From contig JAIFWP010000002.1 in assembly GCA_019661785.1 (NCBI GenBank), positions 161,869 through 225,868 of the forward strand: a DNA stretch of 64,000 nucleotides. Direction: 5' to 3'. The translations under genes and the position numbers were made by a program. The DNA comes from Candidatus Parcubacteria bacterium. GTDB taxonomy: Bacteria > Patescibacteriota > Minisyncoccia > Phycocordibacterales > Zambryskibacteraceae. The notes beneath the pieces were generated by a model. That model was not told the origin of the DNA, made no database searches, and worked only from the letters and a program-made list of their open reading frames with translations. Position 1 is the first letter of the stretch, and the number at the start of each line of letters is the position of its first letter. Of the stretch, positions 47,804-58,260 are shown piece by piece.

Positions 47804-48718
47804 TTAATGCGATTTTGTGCTGGCATTAGCTTGTGGTGAGACAGAGGATTCTCCACCGGTATTAACTGCTGTAAGCCAGTAATGGTAGCTAGTGTTGGGT
47901 TTTAGCCCAGTATCGTTTTTGGTTGTCGCAGATATGCCAGAGTAGGTAGGGGTAGCGGGCCTCGTGTTGGTGGTGCTCCTATATATGTTGTAAGTAACAG
48001 CACCGCTCACTGCCTTCCAGCTCAAGTCTATCTCAATCGAAGAGCGGACGGTTAGAGTTGGCGCAGATGGAGTGGCTGGTGCCGTTACGACCAGTGCTGG
48101 CGTCACAGGTTCTGCAACTGTCTGTGCCGTAGAGTCATCTGACGAATTGCTGTCGCTTGCGGGCTGGCTTAGCGAGGAGTCTTCTCCACTCGTATTGGTA
48201 GTGTCGCTGTCTTCCATTAAGAGGGCTTCAGACGTAGTAGCTAAGCCAAGGAGCCTCGACTCCTCAGGAAAGTAGGTATCTCCGAGCCGCATACGGTTTA
48301 TGACAATGGTGAAGATACTCTCAAGAGTCTCTCGGTCTACTACGCCTGTCACCTTGAGCTGGAATCCTTCTTGGAAGACGCTAACCGCGCCTTGCGTAGT
48401 CGGACCGTAGTATCCGGAGACAGACTCTTGGTCGAGGAATTCGATATTAGCTAGGAGCTCTTGAAGGCGCTTCACAGAATCTCCGCTCACGCCGAGTGTC
48501 ATGGGCTTTGGCAAGGGCACTAGAATCTCTAACTTATCGCGCTCAAGCCCCGCACGCAGGTCGGTTATCTTGTAGTGAAGGCTGGTTGAAAGCTCCTCGG
48601 CTGTGGAGGGGCCAGGATCTTCCGTAGGGACATCGGCAGGCGATGGCACAGTCAAACCAAGGAATGCTGTCGCGCTAAGCGCAATCGAAGCTGCCCATTT
48701 GCCGAGCAGGGAGAGCAT
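47804..48718 (-). CDS. Secreted protein with a PG_binding_1 domain and a C-terminal Fn3 domain
   Basis: Signal peptide; GDSVKRLQELL...YYGPTTQGAVSVFQ; Fn3-like LTVRSSIEIDLSWKAV...YRS. Confidence 0.65.
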   Translation of the reverse strand: MLSLLGKWAASIALSATAFLGLTVPSPADVPTEDPGPSTAEELSTSLHYKITDLRAGLERDKLEILVPLPKPMTLGVSGDSVKRLQELLANIEFLDQESVSGYYGPTTQGAVSVFQEGFQLKVTGVVDRETLESIFTIVINRMRLGDTYFPEESRLLGLATTSEALLMEDSDTTNTSGEDSSLSQPASDSNSSDDSTAQTVAEPVTPALVVTAPATPSAPTLTVRSSIEIDLSWKAVSGAVTYNIYRSTTNTRPATPTYSGISATTKNDTGLKPNTSYHYWLTAVNTGGESSVSPQANASTKSH

Positions 48719-48730
48719 CGGCGGGAGAAT

Positions 48731-49003
48731 TTACTTCGTACCTGCGGCGGTCTTCTGAGCAGCTGGGCTCAAAGGCAATGGCTTTGCAACTGCACCAACC
48801 TTGGATGCGCGTGTCTGGCGTGCCTTGAGGCGGGCGTTGAGCTGGTCGATCTTAACCTGGTTGGTAGCTGGGGAAGAGAGGATGGCTGCGGCCTCAGTCT
48901 CGAAGGATTCAGCTGATGCGACAGAACCCCTACCATAGTTCATATATAGAGCTATGAGGATGATAACGACTACGATGACGATACCGACAATTGGCTTTTT
49001 CAT
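48731..49003 (-). CDS. Single-TM hypothetical protein (start set at the internal MKKPIVG)
   Basis: TM helix at the N-terminus. Confidence 0.45.
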   Translation of the reverse strand: MKKPIVGIVIVVVIILIALYMNYGRGSVASAESFETEAAAILSSPATNQVKIDQLNARLKARQTRASKVGAVAKPLPLSPAAQKTAAGTK

Positions 49004-49134
49004 TGATTTGATTATATTTATACTACCCGTTGAATTAAGTGGGTTATATATAAGTTTAGCTCTAAGCTCATCGAATAGCTCATCGGCTATCCCCATAGGA
49101 AAGCATAAAGTAGCCAGCACGTTACAATATAGAT

Positions 49135-50073
49135 ATGAAGAGACCCTTGCTTCTAGCCATCCCTATAGTCGTAGCACTAGCCCTAGTGGTGAAGCATGAG
49201 TCTTTGCGCCCTGTAACCACGCCCCAGATACCTGATACTGGCCTTACCGCCACCGCTACCGGAGCCAATACAGTAGCCAGTGTAACTATGTCTGTGTTGC
49301 CTAAGGTCGTACTTCAAGGCGACCCAGCTCTTATAGCCATAGATGGCATAGACAATGCCTCTGCGGTGAAGTCTCTAGTGTGGAATGGCAAGCCAATAGG
49401 AGTATTAATGCTCCATGGCAAGCCATCGGCCTTCGTCGGTGTGGACTTGAGGATGAAGCCTGGTACATACCCTATCACTCTCACGCTTAACGACGGCCGA
49501 GTAGTGAAAAAGGATTTGGTCGTGGGCACTCGCGAGATTGCCAAGGCCCCGCTCGGCATACCGGAGAGCCTCGGAGGCAATACGCCCGAAGCAGAGAAGC
49601 AGCTAGTGTCAGAACTGGCTAAGGAGAACGCCATTATCTCGTCTGTGCCCACGTCCAGCTCGGCTTTGTGGAGTGAGGACTTCGTCTTCCCGCTTAAAGG
49701 CGAGCTCGTTATAACAGATCCGTATGGATACACTCGGCTCACTGGTGCCTCGACCATAAGCCACAAGGGTACCGACTTCCGCGCTGCTACTGGCACTCCT
49801 GTCTACGCCATGAACTCAGGAACGGTGCGGATAGCTAGGAACTTCACCGACTACGGCGGCACCATTATCCTTGACCACGGCCTCGGACTCCAAACCCTTT
49901 ATATGCACTTAAGCGAGCTAGATGTGAAGGTGGGCGACACGGTAGTCGCAGGCGAGCTCATAGGCAAGAGTGGTCAGACTGGCTATGCCGAAGCTCCGCA
50001 TCTCCATATATCAGTGAAGATTGGTGGAGTCTCTATAGACCCGATGAAATTTATGAAGCTGGGAAGTTTATGA
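49135..50073 (+). CDS. M23-family (LytM) peptidoglycan endopeptidase
   Basis: HKGTDF...D.G...H.GL.TLYMHLS...GQTGYAEAPHLHISV. Confidence 0.85.
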   Translation: MKRPLLLAIPIVVALALVVKHESLRPVTTPQIPDTGLTATATGANTVASVTMSVLPKVVLQGDPALIAIDGIDNASAVKSLVWNGKPIGVLMLHGKPSAFVGVDLRMKPGTYPITLTLNDGRVVKKDLVVGTREIAKAPLGIPESLGGNTPEAEKQLVSELAKENAIISSVPTSSSALWSEDFVFPLKGELVITDPYGYTRLTGASTISHKGTDFRAATGTPVYAMNSGTVRIARNFTDYGGTIILDHGLGLQTLYMHLSELDVKVGDTVVAGELIGKSGQTGYAEAPHLHISVKIGGVSIDPMKFMKLGSL

Positions 50074-50283
50074 TGCTTGCGGGACAAAACCGTTAGAGCC
50101 ATTGTCGGTAGAGGTCGAGGAGTTTGCACCTGATGCGCCGCCATTTACAGGTGACGAGAGGTCGCTCGCTGCTGTAGAGTTTGAGTTTGTGTCATCGGTA
50201 TCGCCGTTCCAATGCATGAACAGGGCTGCTCCCACTATGACGAGCGCGATGATGCCTATGATGCTTGCGGTACTGGTCTTCAT
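50068..50283 (-). CDS. Small secreted or membrane protein (71 aa)
   Basis: TM followed by a Ser/Asn-rich tail. Confidence 0.35.
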   Translation of the reverse strand: MKTSTASIIGIIALVIVGAALFMHWNGDTDDTNSNSTAASDLSSPVNGGASGANSSTSTDNGSNGFVPQAS

Positions 50284-50333
50284 GAAAGGGTTGACGTATA
50301 GGGAGCCTTAATCTGTCTTGCTATAATGTCCAT

Positions 50334-50927
50334 ATGACAAAACGGCGGGTTATCGGACTCGACTTCGACGATGTTCTCATGGATTTTCGCTATAATCTTG
50401 ACCAGTATCACAACTTTGTTTACGGCACCTCGTTTAAACGTGAGGATGCGGTAAGCCATGATCTGTGGATTCCTTGGAATTGCGCCAAGGATGAGTATGC
50501 ACAGAGAGTCTTTGATTTCTACGAATCCGATCATCATCACAACGCATCGCCTCTCGCTGGAGGACCCGAAGCTGTGAAGAAGCTGAGTCTCAATAACGAC
50601 ATAGTCATGATTACTTCAAGGCCCGACCATGTCAAAGAAGTTACTCTGAGATGGCTCGAGAAACATTATCCATATCTTATGGATCATACTTATTTCACCA
50701 ATCTGTTTGAAGGCAATGGCATCAGAAAGAAAAAATCTGAAGTATGCGCCGAGCTTGGAGTTGATATCTTTGTCGACGATTACCTAGGCTATGCTAATGA
50801 TATAGCCGAGAGCGGCAGGGAAGTTCTCCTCTTCAATGCACCATGGAACCAGACCACGGAGCTTCATCCTAAAATCACTCGAGTTAAGGACTGGGCGCAT
50901 ATATTGGAAGTCTTGGGGATGAAATAA
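50334..50927 (+). CDS. HAD-family 5'(3')-deoxyribonucleotidase-like hydrolase (NT5C-like)
   Basis: IGLDFDDVL (DxD motif) and the C-terminal FVDD. Confidence 0.7.
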   Translation: MTKRRVIGLDFDDVLMDFRYNLDQYHNFVYGTSFKREDAVSHDLWIPWNCAKDEYAQRVFDFYESDHHHNASPLAGGPEAVKKLSLNNDIVMITSRPDHVKEVTLRWLEKHYPYLMDHTYFTNLFEGNGIRKKKSEVCAELGVDIFVDDYLGYANDIAESGREVLLFNAPWNQTTELHPKITRVKDWAHILEVLGMK

Positions 50928-50936
50928 GGTAAGAGA

Positions 50937-50970
50937 AAACCCCGCAGTGACGTTACATCACTGCGGGGCT
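50937..50970. terminator. Bidirectional terminator AAAACCCCGCAGTGA-CGTTACA-TCACTGCGGGGCT between convergent genes
   Basis: 11-bp perfect stem. Confidence 0.7.
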
Positions 50971-50986
50971 CTGCCTTGGTCGACCT

Positions 50987-51688
50987 CTACAGCATTACCG
51001 AGGTCTTATCCATGAGCACGCTCTCGGGGATGTCCTTGTCGTTAAAGTGCTCGATAATCCATCCGGCGATGTCCTCGGGCTGGATGGCATCCGCACGCTT
51101 GTCGGGCGCGACCTTCGGAGTATTGATGGTCGCTGGCTGGATATCTGTCACCCTGACGCCGGTGCCCTTGAGCTCGTGCCGCAAAGCCTTCATCAAATGG
51201 AACGAAGCCGCCTTCATGGGGCCGTAGGTGAGGTTCCTCGTGAGCTCCGGCTTTACTGCCGCATGGGAAGAGATGTTCACAATGAGGCCGTGGCCCTCTG
51301 CGCGGAAGACTTGCTGGGCCACGAAGCTCGTGACGAAGCTCGTCTTGAAGAAAGCCTCGTAATGCGCGTCGGCATGAGCGGAGGCGTCCTCGACGGAGTC
51401 GTCGATGCCAACCTGAGCCCAGCTGCCAGTAGACATAACGACGGCATCAACGTTTCCAAACCTCTCGGCCGCGCGCTCGAAGACTTGCTCGACCTCCTCT
51501 GCATTGGAGGCGTCGGCCGCGACGGCCAAGGTCTGCTCGGGAGGCAGAGTATCTGCAACCAGCTGGAGTTTGCTCATTGACCGCGAGAAGAGAACGACGT
51601 TGGCTCCCTGTAGAGTAAACTCTCTGGCCAAAACTCTGGCCAGTTCTCCGCTCCCGCCGGATATTGCGATGGTTTTGTCTTTAAGCAT
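50987..51688 (-). CDS. Short-chain dehydrogenase/reductase (SDR)
   Basis: TIAISGGSGELARVLA (TGxxxGxG-like) and the Y..K catalytic motif; start moved to the ATG at MLKDK. Confidence 0.8.
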   Translation of the reverse strand: MLKDKTIAISGGSGELARVLAREFTLQGANVVLFSRSMSKLQLVADTLPPEQTLAVAADASNAEEVEQVFERAAERFGNVDAVVMSTGSWAQVGIDDSVEDASAHADAHYEAFFKTSFVTSFVAQQVFRAEGHGLIVNISSHAAVKPELTRNLTYGPMKAASFHLMKALRHELKGTGVRVTDIQPATINTPKVAPDKRADAIQPEDIAGWIIEHFNDKDIPESVLMDKTSVML

Positions 51689-51733
51689 TGAGTGATGGGT
51701 TGGGGTCCGCGTGCTATAATACACTAATATACG

Positions 51734-52843
51734 ATGAACAAAAGAGGGAAATTCGTTCTTGGATTGCTCGTTCTTTTTTGTCTATGGAGGCCGCAGGCTG
51801 CTCAGGCTGCGCTGTCTAGCCCATTTGAGGTCTCGGGTTGGATACCTTATTGGCGCTCGGCCACTGGCACGGCGGAGTTCCTCACCCACATAGACTCCTT
51901 CAAGGAGATAAATCCTTTCGCCTACACTGTTAAGAGCGATGGCACATTGGCCGACCAGATGAGCCTAACTGAAGCGCCTTGGCCTCTCTTAACGCAGCTC
52001 ACTCATCTCAAGCAGATACGCCTCGTGCCGACAGTCATGTGGTCCGACGGTCAGGCTATCGACAGGGTATTAAGGAATCCCGAACTCCGCGCCTATCATG
52101 TCCAAAATATAGTCAGGACTGTGAAGGCAAACGGCTTCGACGGCATCGACATCGACTATGAGGCCAAGCTCGCTAAGACCCAGCCATACTTCACGGAGTT
52201 TCTAAGAGAGCTTTACAAGGCTATGGGGGACAAGTGGGTCATGTGCACTATTGAAGCTCGCACGCCTGCTGACTCGCGCAGCAATCCTAACCCTGACGAC
52301 CCCAAGGATTATGCGAATGATTATAAAGCGCTCAATAAATACTGCGACCGAGTGCGCATCATGGCTTATGACCAGGCCTCGGTCGACCGCAAGCTCACAA
52401 CGACTGTCTCCGGCCCATACATACCGGTAGCAGACCCAAAGTGGGTCGACAAGGTACTCACCCTAGCGGAGAAGGATATATCGAAGAAGAAGCTCATGCT
52501 CGGCGTAGCTACTTATGGATATGAGTACAAGGTTACTCCGCTTAGTAGCGGTTATGCGTATAACCAGCAGTGGGCCTTCAACCCGAAGTATGCAACGGAT
52601 TTGGCGAGCTCTCTCAACTTAAGTCCGCAGAGGAATGTCTCTGGCGAACTCTCCTTTACTTACAAACCGGAGTCGAATACTGCCGGAGCTATCCTCGATT
52701 CATCCTTCAATATCCTCTGGTGGTCCGATGCATCGGCTATTGCTGATAAGATCGCCTTGGCCAAGCGCCACGGTATCCGAGGCATATCCATTTTCAAGAT
52801 TGATGGCGGCGCAGATCCAAACCTCTGGTCAGTGTTGAAGTAA
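51734..52843 (+). CDS. Secreted glycoside hydrolase family 18 (chitinase/PG-hydrolase-like)
   Basis: Signal peptide; catalytic DGIDIDYE. Confidence 0.8.
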   Translation: MNKRGKFVLGLLVLFCLWRPQAAQAALSSPFEVSGWIPYWRSATGTAEFLTHIDSFKEINPFAYTVKSDGTLADQMSLTEAPWPLLTQLTHLKQIRLVPTVMWSDGQAIDRVLRNPELRAYHVQNIVRTVKANGFDGIDIDYEAKLAKTQPYFTEFLRELYKAMGDKWVMCTIEARTPADSRSNPNPDDPKDYANDYKALNKYCDRVRIMAYDQASVDRKLTTTVSGPYIPVADPKWVDKVLTLAEKDISKKKLMLGVATYGYEYKVTPLSSGYAYNQQWAFNPKYATDLASSLNLSPQRNVSGELSFTYKPESNTAGAILDSSFNILWWSDASAIADKIALAKRHGIRGISIFKIDGGADPNLWSVLK

Positions 52844-52861
52844 TCCGCGCGATAATCTATA

Positions 52862-54688
52862 GTGGCCCACATGGAATCAACCGAGAAGCAAGCTCTGTCC
52901 TACCTCAACCTTTTGAACACGGAGTACCACAAGCTGCACAAGGCTTACGAGGACCTCTTTTGGACTTCGTATATGGGTGACCATAGCGTGGATAAGAGGT
53001 TAAACACCGCTCTTAAGAAGCGTGATGCTTTCCGCGCGGACGCATCTCTGGTGAAGAAGCTCGAGGGGCTTAAGGATGGGGCAAGCAAAGAGACGAAGAC
53101 GCGCATCGGATATTGGCTCTGGTTCTTCTCCTGCTATCAGACGCCTCCGGCAGGACTTGTTATAAAGGAGAAGATAGATAAGCTCGAGGGAGAGGTGCAA
53201 AGCAAGTGGTCGAAGAGGAAAGAAGGTTATATCGACCCGCACACAAAGAAGTTCGTACTCGCTTCCTCTAACAAGATGGGTACCATAATGGTAACCAATG
53301 GTGACGAGCAGGTGCGCCGGGCTTGCTTCGAGGCAAGGGAGAAATCTTCTGTGCAGTTCACTCCCGATTTGGTGAAGCTCATAAAACTGCGCAACGAGTT
53401 TGCCAGAGCAATGGGGTTCAAGGACTTCTACGACTACAAGCTCTCGACTGTCGACAGGATGACGAAGGCAGAAGTCTTCGGCCTCTTCGACAAAATATAC
53501 CAGAAGACTAAGTACGCCATCAAAAATATAGAGAAGCTCGAGAAGAAGATGCCCGGCCTCTTAAAGCCTTGGAACTTCGGTTACATGATGAGCGGGGACT
53601 TCATCAAGGAGGAGGACCCGTATCACCAGTTCAGCGAAGCGCTCCCTCGCTGGGGACGCTCCTTTGCCGCTATGGGCATTACCTTCGGCGGTGGCTCTCT
53701 CGGCCTCGACCTCCTCGAACGCAAGGGCAAGTATCACAACGGCTTCTGCCATTACCCAGACTTGGTAAGGACGGAGAAGGGGAGACTCATGCCTGGGAGC
53801 GCTAACTTCACCTGCAATATGGTGAACGGCCAAGTAGGTTCCGGATATCAGGGCTACCACACTCTCTTCCATGAGGGAGGCCATGCCGCAGACAGGCTCA
53901 ATGCCGAAACTATCGATGTCTGCGTGAATCATGAATACGCGCCAAGCTCGGTGGCATGGGCCGAGACCCAGAGCATGTTCTGCGACAGTGTCTTTGGCAG
54001 CGTGGACTGGGCTTCAAGATATGCCAAGGATGAGAAAACAGGCAAGAGTTACCCCTTCGAACTCTTCGAGCGCCAAATAAAGAAACTCCATCCAACGCGT
54101 CCGCTCGCGCTAAACGGTATTATGATGGTCACCGACTTTGAGCGGCAGGCCTATGAGATGAAGGACCTTACTGTAGATAAGTTAAAGCTCCTGGCGAGGA
54201 AGACCTATGCCAAATTCTACAAGCGTGCTGTGCCCTCGCACTACATACTCTCAATACCTCACATATACAGCTTTGAGAGCTCGGCTTACTATCACGGTTA
54301 TGGCCTCGCGGAGCTAGCGGTGTTTCAGTGGAGATATTATTTCTACAACAAATACGGATACATAGTCGATAATCCTAAGGTTGGAGAGGAGATGAAGAAA
54401 GTCTGGAGATTGTCCGCGACAAGGACATTCACTGATTTCGTGAAGATGGCGACAAAGAGGCCTATCTCTGCAGACGCATTTATCCGTGATGTGACTATGA
54501 CCATACCGCAAGTGCTCGAGCGCGCCAAGCAGAGGATAAAGAGGCTTGAGAGAGTTAAGCCATATAAAGGTCCTATAAAGCTCGACGCTAAGATACGCCT
54601 CTTGAACGGTAAGGAAGAGATAGCGAACAACAAGAAGAGTTTTGAGGATATGTCTGCGAAGTACAAGGCCTGGCTTGAAAGGAAGTAG
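52862..54688 (+). CDS. Zinc metallopeptidase, M3-like (oligoendopeptidase F-like)
   Basis: HEGGH zinc motif (TLFHEGGHAADRL) with a downstream Glu; 608 aa. Confidence 0.55.
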   Translation: MAHMESTEKQALSYLNLLNTEYHKLHKAYEDLFWTSYMGDHSVDKRLNTALKKRDAFRADASLVKKLEGLKDGASKETKTRIGYWLWFFSCYQTPPAGLVIKEKIDKLEGEVQSKWSKRKEGYIDPHTKKFVLASSNKMGTIMVTNGDEQVRRACFEAREKSSVQFTPDLVKLIKLRNEFARAMGFKDFYDYKLSTVDRMTKAEVFGLFDKIYQKTKYAIKNIEKLEKKMPGLLKPWNFGYMMSGDFIKEEDPYHQFSEALPRWGRSFAAMGITFGGGSLGLDLLERKGKYHNGFCHYPDLVRTEKGRLMPGSANFTCNMVNGQVGSGYQGYHTLFHEGGHAADRLNAETIDVCVNHEYAPSSVAWAETQSMFCDSVFGSVDWASRYAKDEKTGKSYPFELFERQIKKLHPTRPLALNGIMMVTDFERQAYEMKDLTVDKLKLLARKTYAKFYKRAVPSHYILSIPHIYSFESSAYYHGYGLAELAVFQWRYYFYNKYGYIVDNPKVGEEMKKVWRLSATRTFTDFVKMATKRPISADAFIRDVTMTIPQVLERAKQRIKRLERVKPYKGPIKLDAKIRLLNGKEEIANNKKSFEDMSAKYKAWLERK

Positions 54689-54710
54689 TTAGCGCTTCGT
54701 TAGTAGGTTA

Positions 54711-55130
54711 ATGAAGAGACTTCTAATCATTGCATCTTTATTTTCATTTATATCGCCGACGCTAAGCCTCCAAGCAGCGTCTCTCGTTGACCTAGGATAC
54801 GGCTCGTCGAGCCAGACTGGGCTCATAGAGGAAGCATCATCGACAGTCGACTACGAGAACGATAGCGTCATCATCTATCACGAGGACGAAACTCGGCTCA
54901 TGAGTCTTGTGCCAGTAGCTCTCTTGGTTAAGATAACCGCGTACCATGACGGCAGAGTAGAGTTTGATTATCCTTGGTATGGACTCTTCGCTCCTGACAA
55001 AGATGCTCTTGAGTCTAAGGTTAGGACAGCGGCTGCGGAGGTCCTTGAGATGGTCCCGACTGGAGGCTGGACAGATGACGACCGAGGAAGCCTTGCCGAA
55101 CACATAAAAGCCGCTCTGCAAGAGCTATAA
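54711..55130 (+). CDS. Secreted hypothetical protein
   Basis: Signal peptide. Confidence 0.5.
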   Translation: MKRLLIIASLFSFISPTLSLQAASLVDLGYGSSSQTGLIEEASSTVDYENDSVIIYHEDETRLMSLVPVALLVKITAYHDGRVEFDYPWYGLFAPDKDALESKVRTAAAEVLEMVPTGGWTDDDRGSLAEHIKAALQEL

Positions 55131-55137
55131 TGATAGG

Positions 55138-56163
55138 ATGTCGTTTCAAAGGCTTACTGCCTGGTACCGCAAGTACGAGAGGCCGGTCTCCTCGCTCTCT
55201 CTTATAGGCGGATTCGTATTCGACGCTCTGACTCTTCGCAGAGTAGATACCTTCTGGGAGAATTTCTGGATAATAATCCATCTCCTTGTCTCGGCCATCC
55301 TAATACTCCTCATTAACCGTAAGGGAGTGCGGGACCCAGGCGAGACCAAGGGCGAGTTCGACTTCTGGCTCTTGAACCTGCTCCAGTTCACTTATGGAGG
55401 TCTCTTGTCGGCCTTCCTTGTCTTCTACTTCCGCTCGGCGGCTCTCTCGGTCTCTTGGCCCTTCCTGCTTCTGCTTGCCCTGGCCTTCGCAGCCAACGAG
55501 CGCTTGAAGCGCCATCAAGAGAGGCTTACCTTCCAGATATCTCTCTTCTTCCTCTCGCTCTTGTCCTTTGCTATCTTCTTCGTGCCGGTGCTTGTAGGCT
55601 CCATCGGTCCCTGGGTCTTCGTCCTCGCGGGCGTGGCGTCCTTGCTCGTGATGAGGCTCTTCCTCGCCTTGCTCAAGGCTGAGAAGAAGTACTTGTGGCT
55701 CTCCATCCTCGCCATCTTTATCGCGGTGAATGTCTTGTACTTCACCGATGTCTTGCCCCCGATACCTCTCTCGCTCAAAGATGGAGGCATCTACTACTCA
55801 GTAGTGAGAGGTGCAGGCGGGGAATATATGTTAAGTAAGCCAAGTGAAAGTTTCCTCGACTATGTGACTCTTTATCCCAAGGTTGCGATTAACCCTGCTG
55901 GACAGGCACTCTATGCATATACGGCGGTGTTTAGCCCGGCACGATTCTCTACAGGCATTACTCATATCTGGCAGAGGTATGATGAGTCGACCAAGTCTTG
56001 GGTGACTACTTCGACAGTTCTCCTCTCCATCTCAGGCGGGAGGAGCGAGGGATATAGGACCTTCTCTAGTTCTCTAGTGACTCTGGGTAAATGGAGAGTG
56101 AGCGTGAAGACTCCTGGCGGACAGCTCATCGGGCGCATAGGCTTTACGGCCGTAGCTAAGTAG
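55138..56163 (+). CDS. Polytopic membrane protein, hypothetical
   Basis: About six TM plus a C-terminal extracytoplasmic domain. Confidence 0.55.
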   Translation: MSFQRLTAWYRKYERPVSSLSLIGGFVFDALTLRRVDTFWENFWIIIHLLVSAILILLINRKGVRDPGETKGEFDFWLLNLLQFTYGGLLSAFLVFYFRSAALSVSWPFLLLLALAFAANERLKRHQERLTFQISLFFLSLLSFAIFFVPVLVGSIGPWVFVLAGVASLLVMRLFLALLKAEKKYLWLSILAIFIAVNVLYFTDVLPPIPLSLKDGGIYYSVVRGAGGEYMLSKPSESFLDYVTLYPKVAINPAGQALYAYTAVFSPARFSTGITHIWQRYDESTKSWVTTSTVLLSISGGRSEGYRTFSSSLVTLGKWRVSVKTPGGQLIGRIGFTAVAK

Positions 56164-56230
56164 GGTCTAATTGTGCCCCAATAAGAAAGCGAGCCGCTTT
56201 GCGTCTAAGATGCTATAATCGACCTGACTT

Positions 56231-56767
56231 ATGAACGACAACCGCATCTCGCTCACTCTCCTCGGCATCGTACTCCTCTTCACAGCGGTCATTTTCTACG
56301 CGCGGCATGTGAGTCTCGCTAGGCAGGGCGAGCAGTCGCAGGTCCCGGTCATCGCCCACTATACGAACTATGCTTATAGAGTGAACTTGCGCTACCCGCC
56401 AGAGTGGCAGCCAGTCGGTGGATACGCTTATGACAGATATGAGGGAAACGATGGCTTCTTTGGCATCTCGGCTGGAGGTACTGGCAATGTGGCTATGGCA
56501 GACATGGTTAAGAGCGAGGTTGACCATCCCCTAAAGCCTTACGGCAAGGAACCCAGCATCCAAGACCTCCTCATAGACGGACAGAAGGCCAAGCTCATAA
56601 TGCCTTCGGCTGACCAGGATGCGTCTATGCGAGGGCAAGCTGTGCTCATCGTGACATACCCTCTACCTCTCACTATCGGGACTGAGACATACAAATACTT
56701 TGTCTTCTGGGCTGACCGAGCTCATATACAAGACATCGCAAGCTCTATCACCTTCATAAATCAATGA
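56231..56767 (+). CDS. Membrane-anchored hypothetical protein
   Basis: N-terminal TM. Confidence 0.5.
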   Translation: MNDNRISLTLLGIVLLFTAVIFYARHVSLARQGEQSQVPVIAHYTNYAYRVNLRYPPEWQPVGGYAYDRYEGNDGFFGISAGGTGNVAMADMVKSEVDHPLKPYGKEPSIQDLLIDGQKAKLIMPSADQDASMRGQAVLIVTYPLPLTIGTETYKYFVFWADRAHIQDIASSITFINQ

Positions 56768-57246
56768 TGGAGGGCAGAGAGTTGGCCACTTTCGCTATGG
56801 GATGCTTCTGGGGAGTGCAGGTTTTGTTTAAGAAAGTGCCTGGGGTGCTTAAGACTACTGTAGGCTATACTGGCGGACATGTGGAGAATCCGGGATACGA
56901 GAGAGTGTGCATGGGCACTACTGGACATGCCGAGGCCATAGAGCTTGAGTTCGACCCAAGTGTCGTCTCGTATCAGACCCTACTCGATACCTTCTTTGAG
57001 CATCATGACCCAACAACACCGAACCGCTCCGGCCCAGATGTGGGCACTCAGTACCGTTCGGCAATCTTTTATTATAATGACGCGCAGAAGAAGGCTGCAG
57101 AGGAAACTATCGATAAGCTCACGAGGACGAAGCGGTATTTGAATCCCATTGTGACTGAGGTCGCTCCGGCAGGAGCCTTCTACCGTGCTGAGGAGTATCA
57201 TCAGGACTATGCCGAGAAGAACACCTCATACGTCTGCCACATTTAA
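56764..57246 (+). CDS. msrA: Peptide methionine sulfoxide reductase MsrA
   Basis: GCFWG active site. Confidence 0.9.
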   Translation: MMEGRELATFAMGCFWGVQVLFKKVPGVLKTTVGYTGGHVENPGYERVCMGTTGHAEAIELEFDPSVVSYQTLLDTFFEHHDPTTPNRSGPDVGTQYRSAIFYYNDAQKKAAEETIDKLTRTKRYLNPIVTEVAPAGAFYRAEEYHQDYAEKNTSYVCHI

Positions 57247-57820
57247 GAAGCTTAAGAGGCTCACCACGCCGGAGAAGGTTCAAGATTTTTTGAATACGCT
57301 ACCATTCAACTTTGAGAAGAAGGGAGAGACGTACAGGTCGGTGAAGAAGGCTCTAGAAGCGGGTGAGGCGCATTGCTTCGAGGGAGCACTCATCGCTGCT
57401 GCGGCACTACAGATGCACGGACACAAACCACTCTTGCTCGACCTGCGCACATCTAATGGAGACGCTGACCATGTCGTAGCGCTTTTTAAAAAAAATAAGC
57501 ACTGGGGCGCAGTATCGAAGACGAACCATGCTGTGCTCCGCTACCGCGAGCCTGTGTATGCAAGCGTGCGCGAGCTTGCTATGAGCTACTTTCACGAATA
57601 CTTCTTACATAATGGCACGAAGACCATGAGGAAGTTCTCTAAACCTTTTGACTTATCTAAGACGAAGTTTGATTGGCTCAACTCGAATGAAGACCTCTTT
57701 GACTTAGTCAATGCCCTCGACCACTCTCCGCATGTGCCAGTTGTGCCTAAGGGTCTGAAGCTCCGCAAAGCCGAGAAGGTTGAAATCAAAGCAGGGAAGA
57801 TAGTAGAATTTAAAAGATAA
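57209..57820 (+). CDS. Hypothetical protein (possible Cys-His fold; function unknown); overlaps the msrA 3' end
   Basis: ORF; start ambiguous (GTG 57185 or ATG 57209). Confidence 0.45.
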   Translation: MPRRTPHTSATFKKLKRLTTPEKVQDFLNTLPFNFEKKGETYRSVKKALEAGEAHCFEGALIAAAALQMHGHKPLLLDLRTSNGDADHVVALFKKNKHWGAVSKTNHAVLRYREPVYASVRELAMSYFHEYFLHNGTKTMRKFSKPFDLSKTKFDWLNSNEDLFDLVNALDHSPHVPVVPKGLKLRKAEKVEIKAGKIVEFKR

Positions 57821-57831
57821 ATATAAACAAC

Positions 57832-58260
57832 ATGGACCTACACCCGATTGTCATCCACTTCCCGATAGCTTTACTCACGCTCTATGCCATATTCGAACTC
57901 GTGAGGTTTGAGAGGGTCTTGGCCAAGCCGTATTGGCATTATGTAAAGAAGGTCTTGGTGCTCGCAGGGTTTGCGGGCTCACTTGTAGCTGCATTGACCG
58001 GACTTATAACAGCCAACTTCACAATAGTCGGCCCAAGGATCTTTATGATGCATGAGTTCTTTGCTCTCGCCACCATTTTGCTTTCAGGCATCGCTAGCGG
58101 CTTCTACTTTAAAAACAACCAGCACAGGGCACTTATCGTTATCGCCATTCTTATCCTAATCTGCATCACGATCACCGGAGGACTCGGCGCAGCTATGGTG
58201 CGAGGTACTCACTTTGACCCATTCATGGCACCGATTTTCAAACTACTTGGAGTTTACTAG
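57832..58260 (+). CDS. DUF2231-like membrane protein
   Basis: HPIVIHFPIALL N-terminal motif and four TM. Confidence 0.6.
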   Translation: MDLHPIVIHFPIALLTLYAIFELVRFERVLAKPYWHYVKKVLVLAGFAGSLVAALTGLITANFTIVGPRIFMMHEFFALATILLSGIASGFYFKNNQHRALIVIAILILICITITGGLGAAMVRGTHFDPFMAPIFKLLGVY

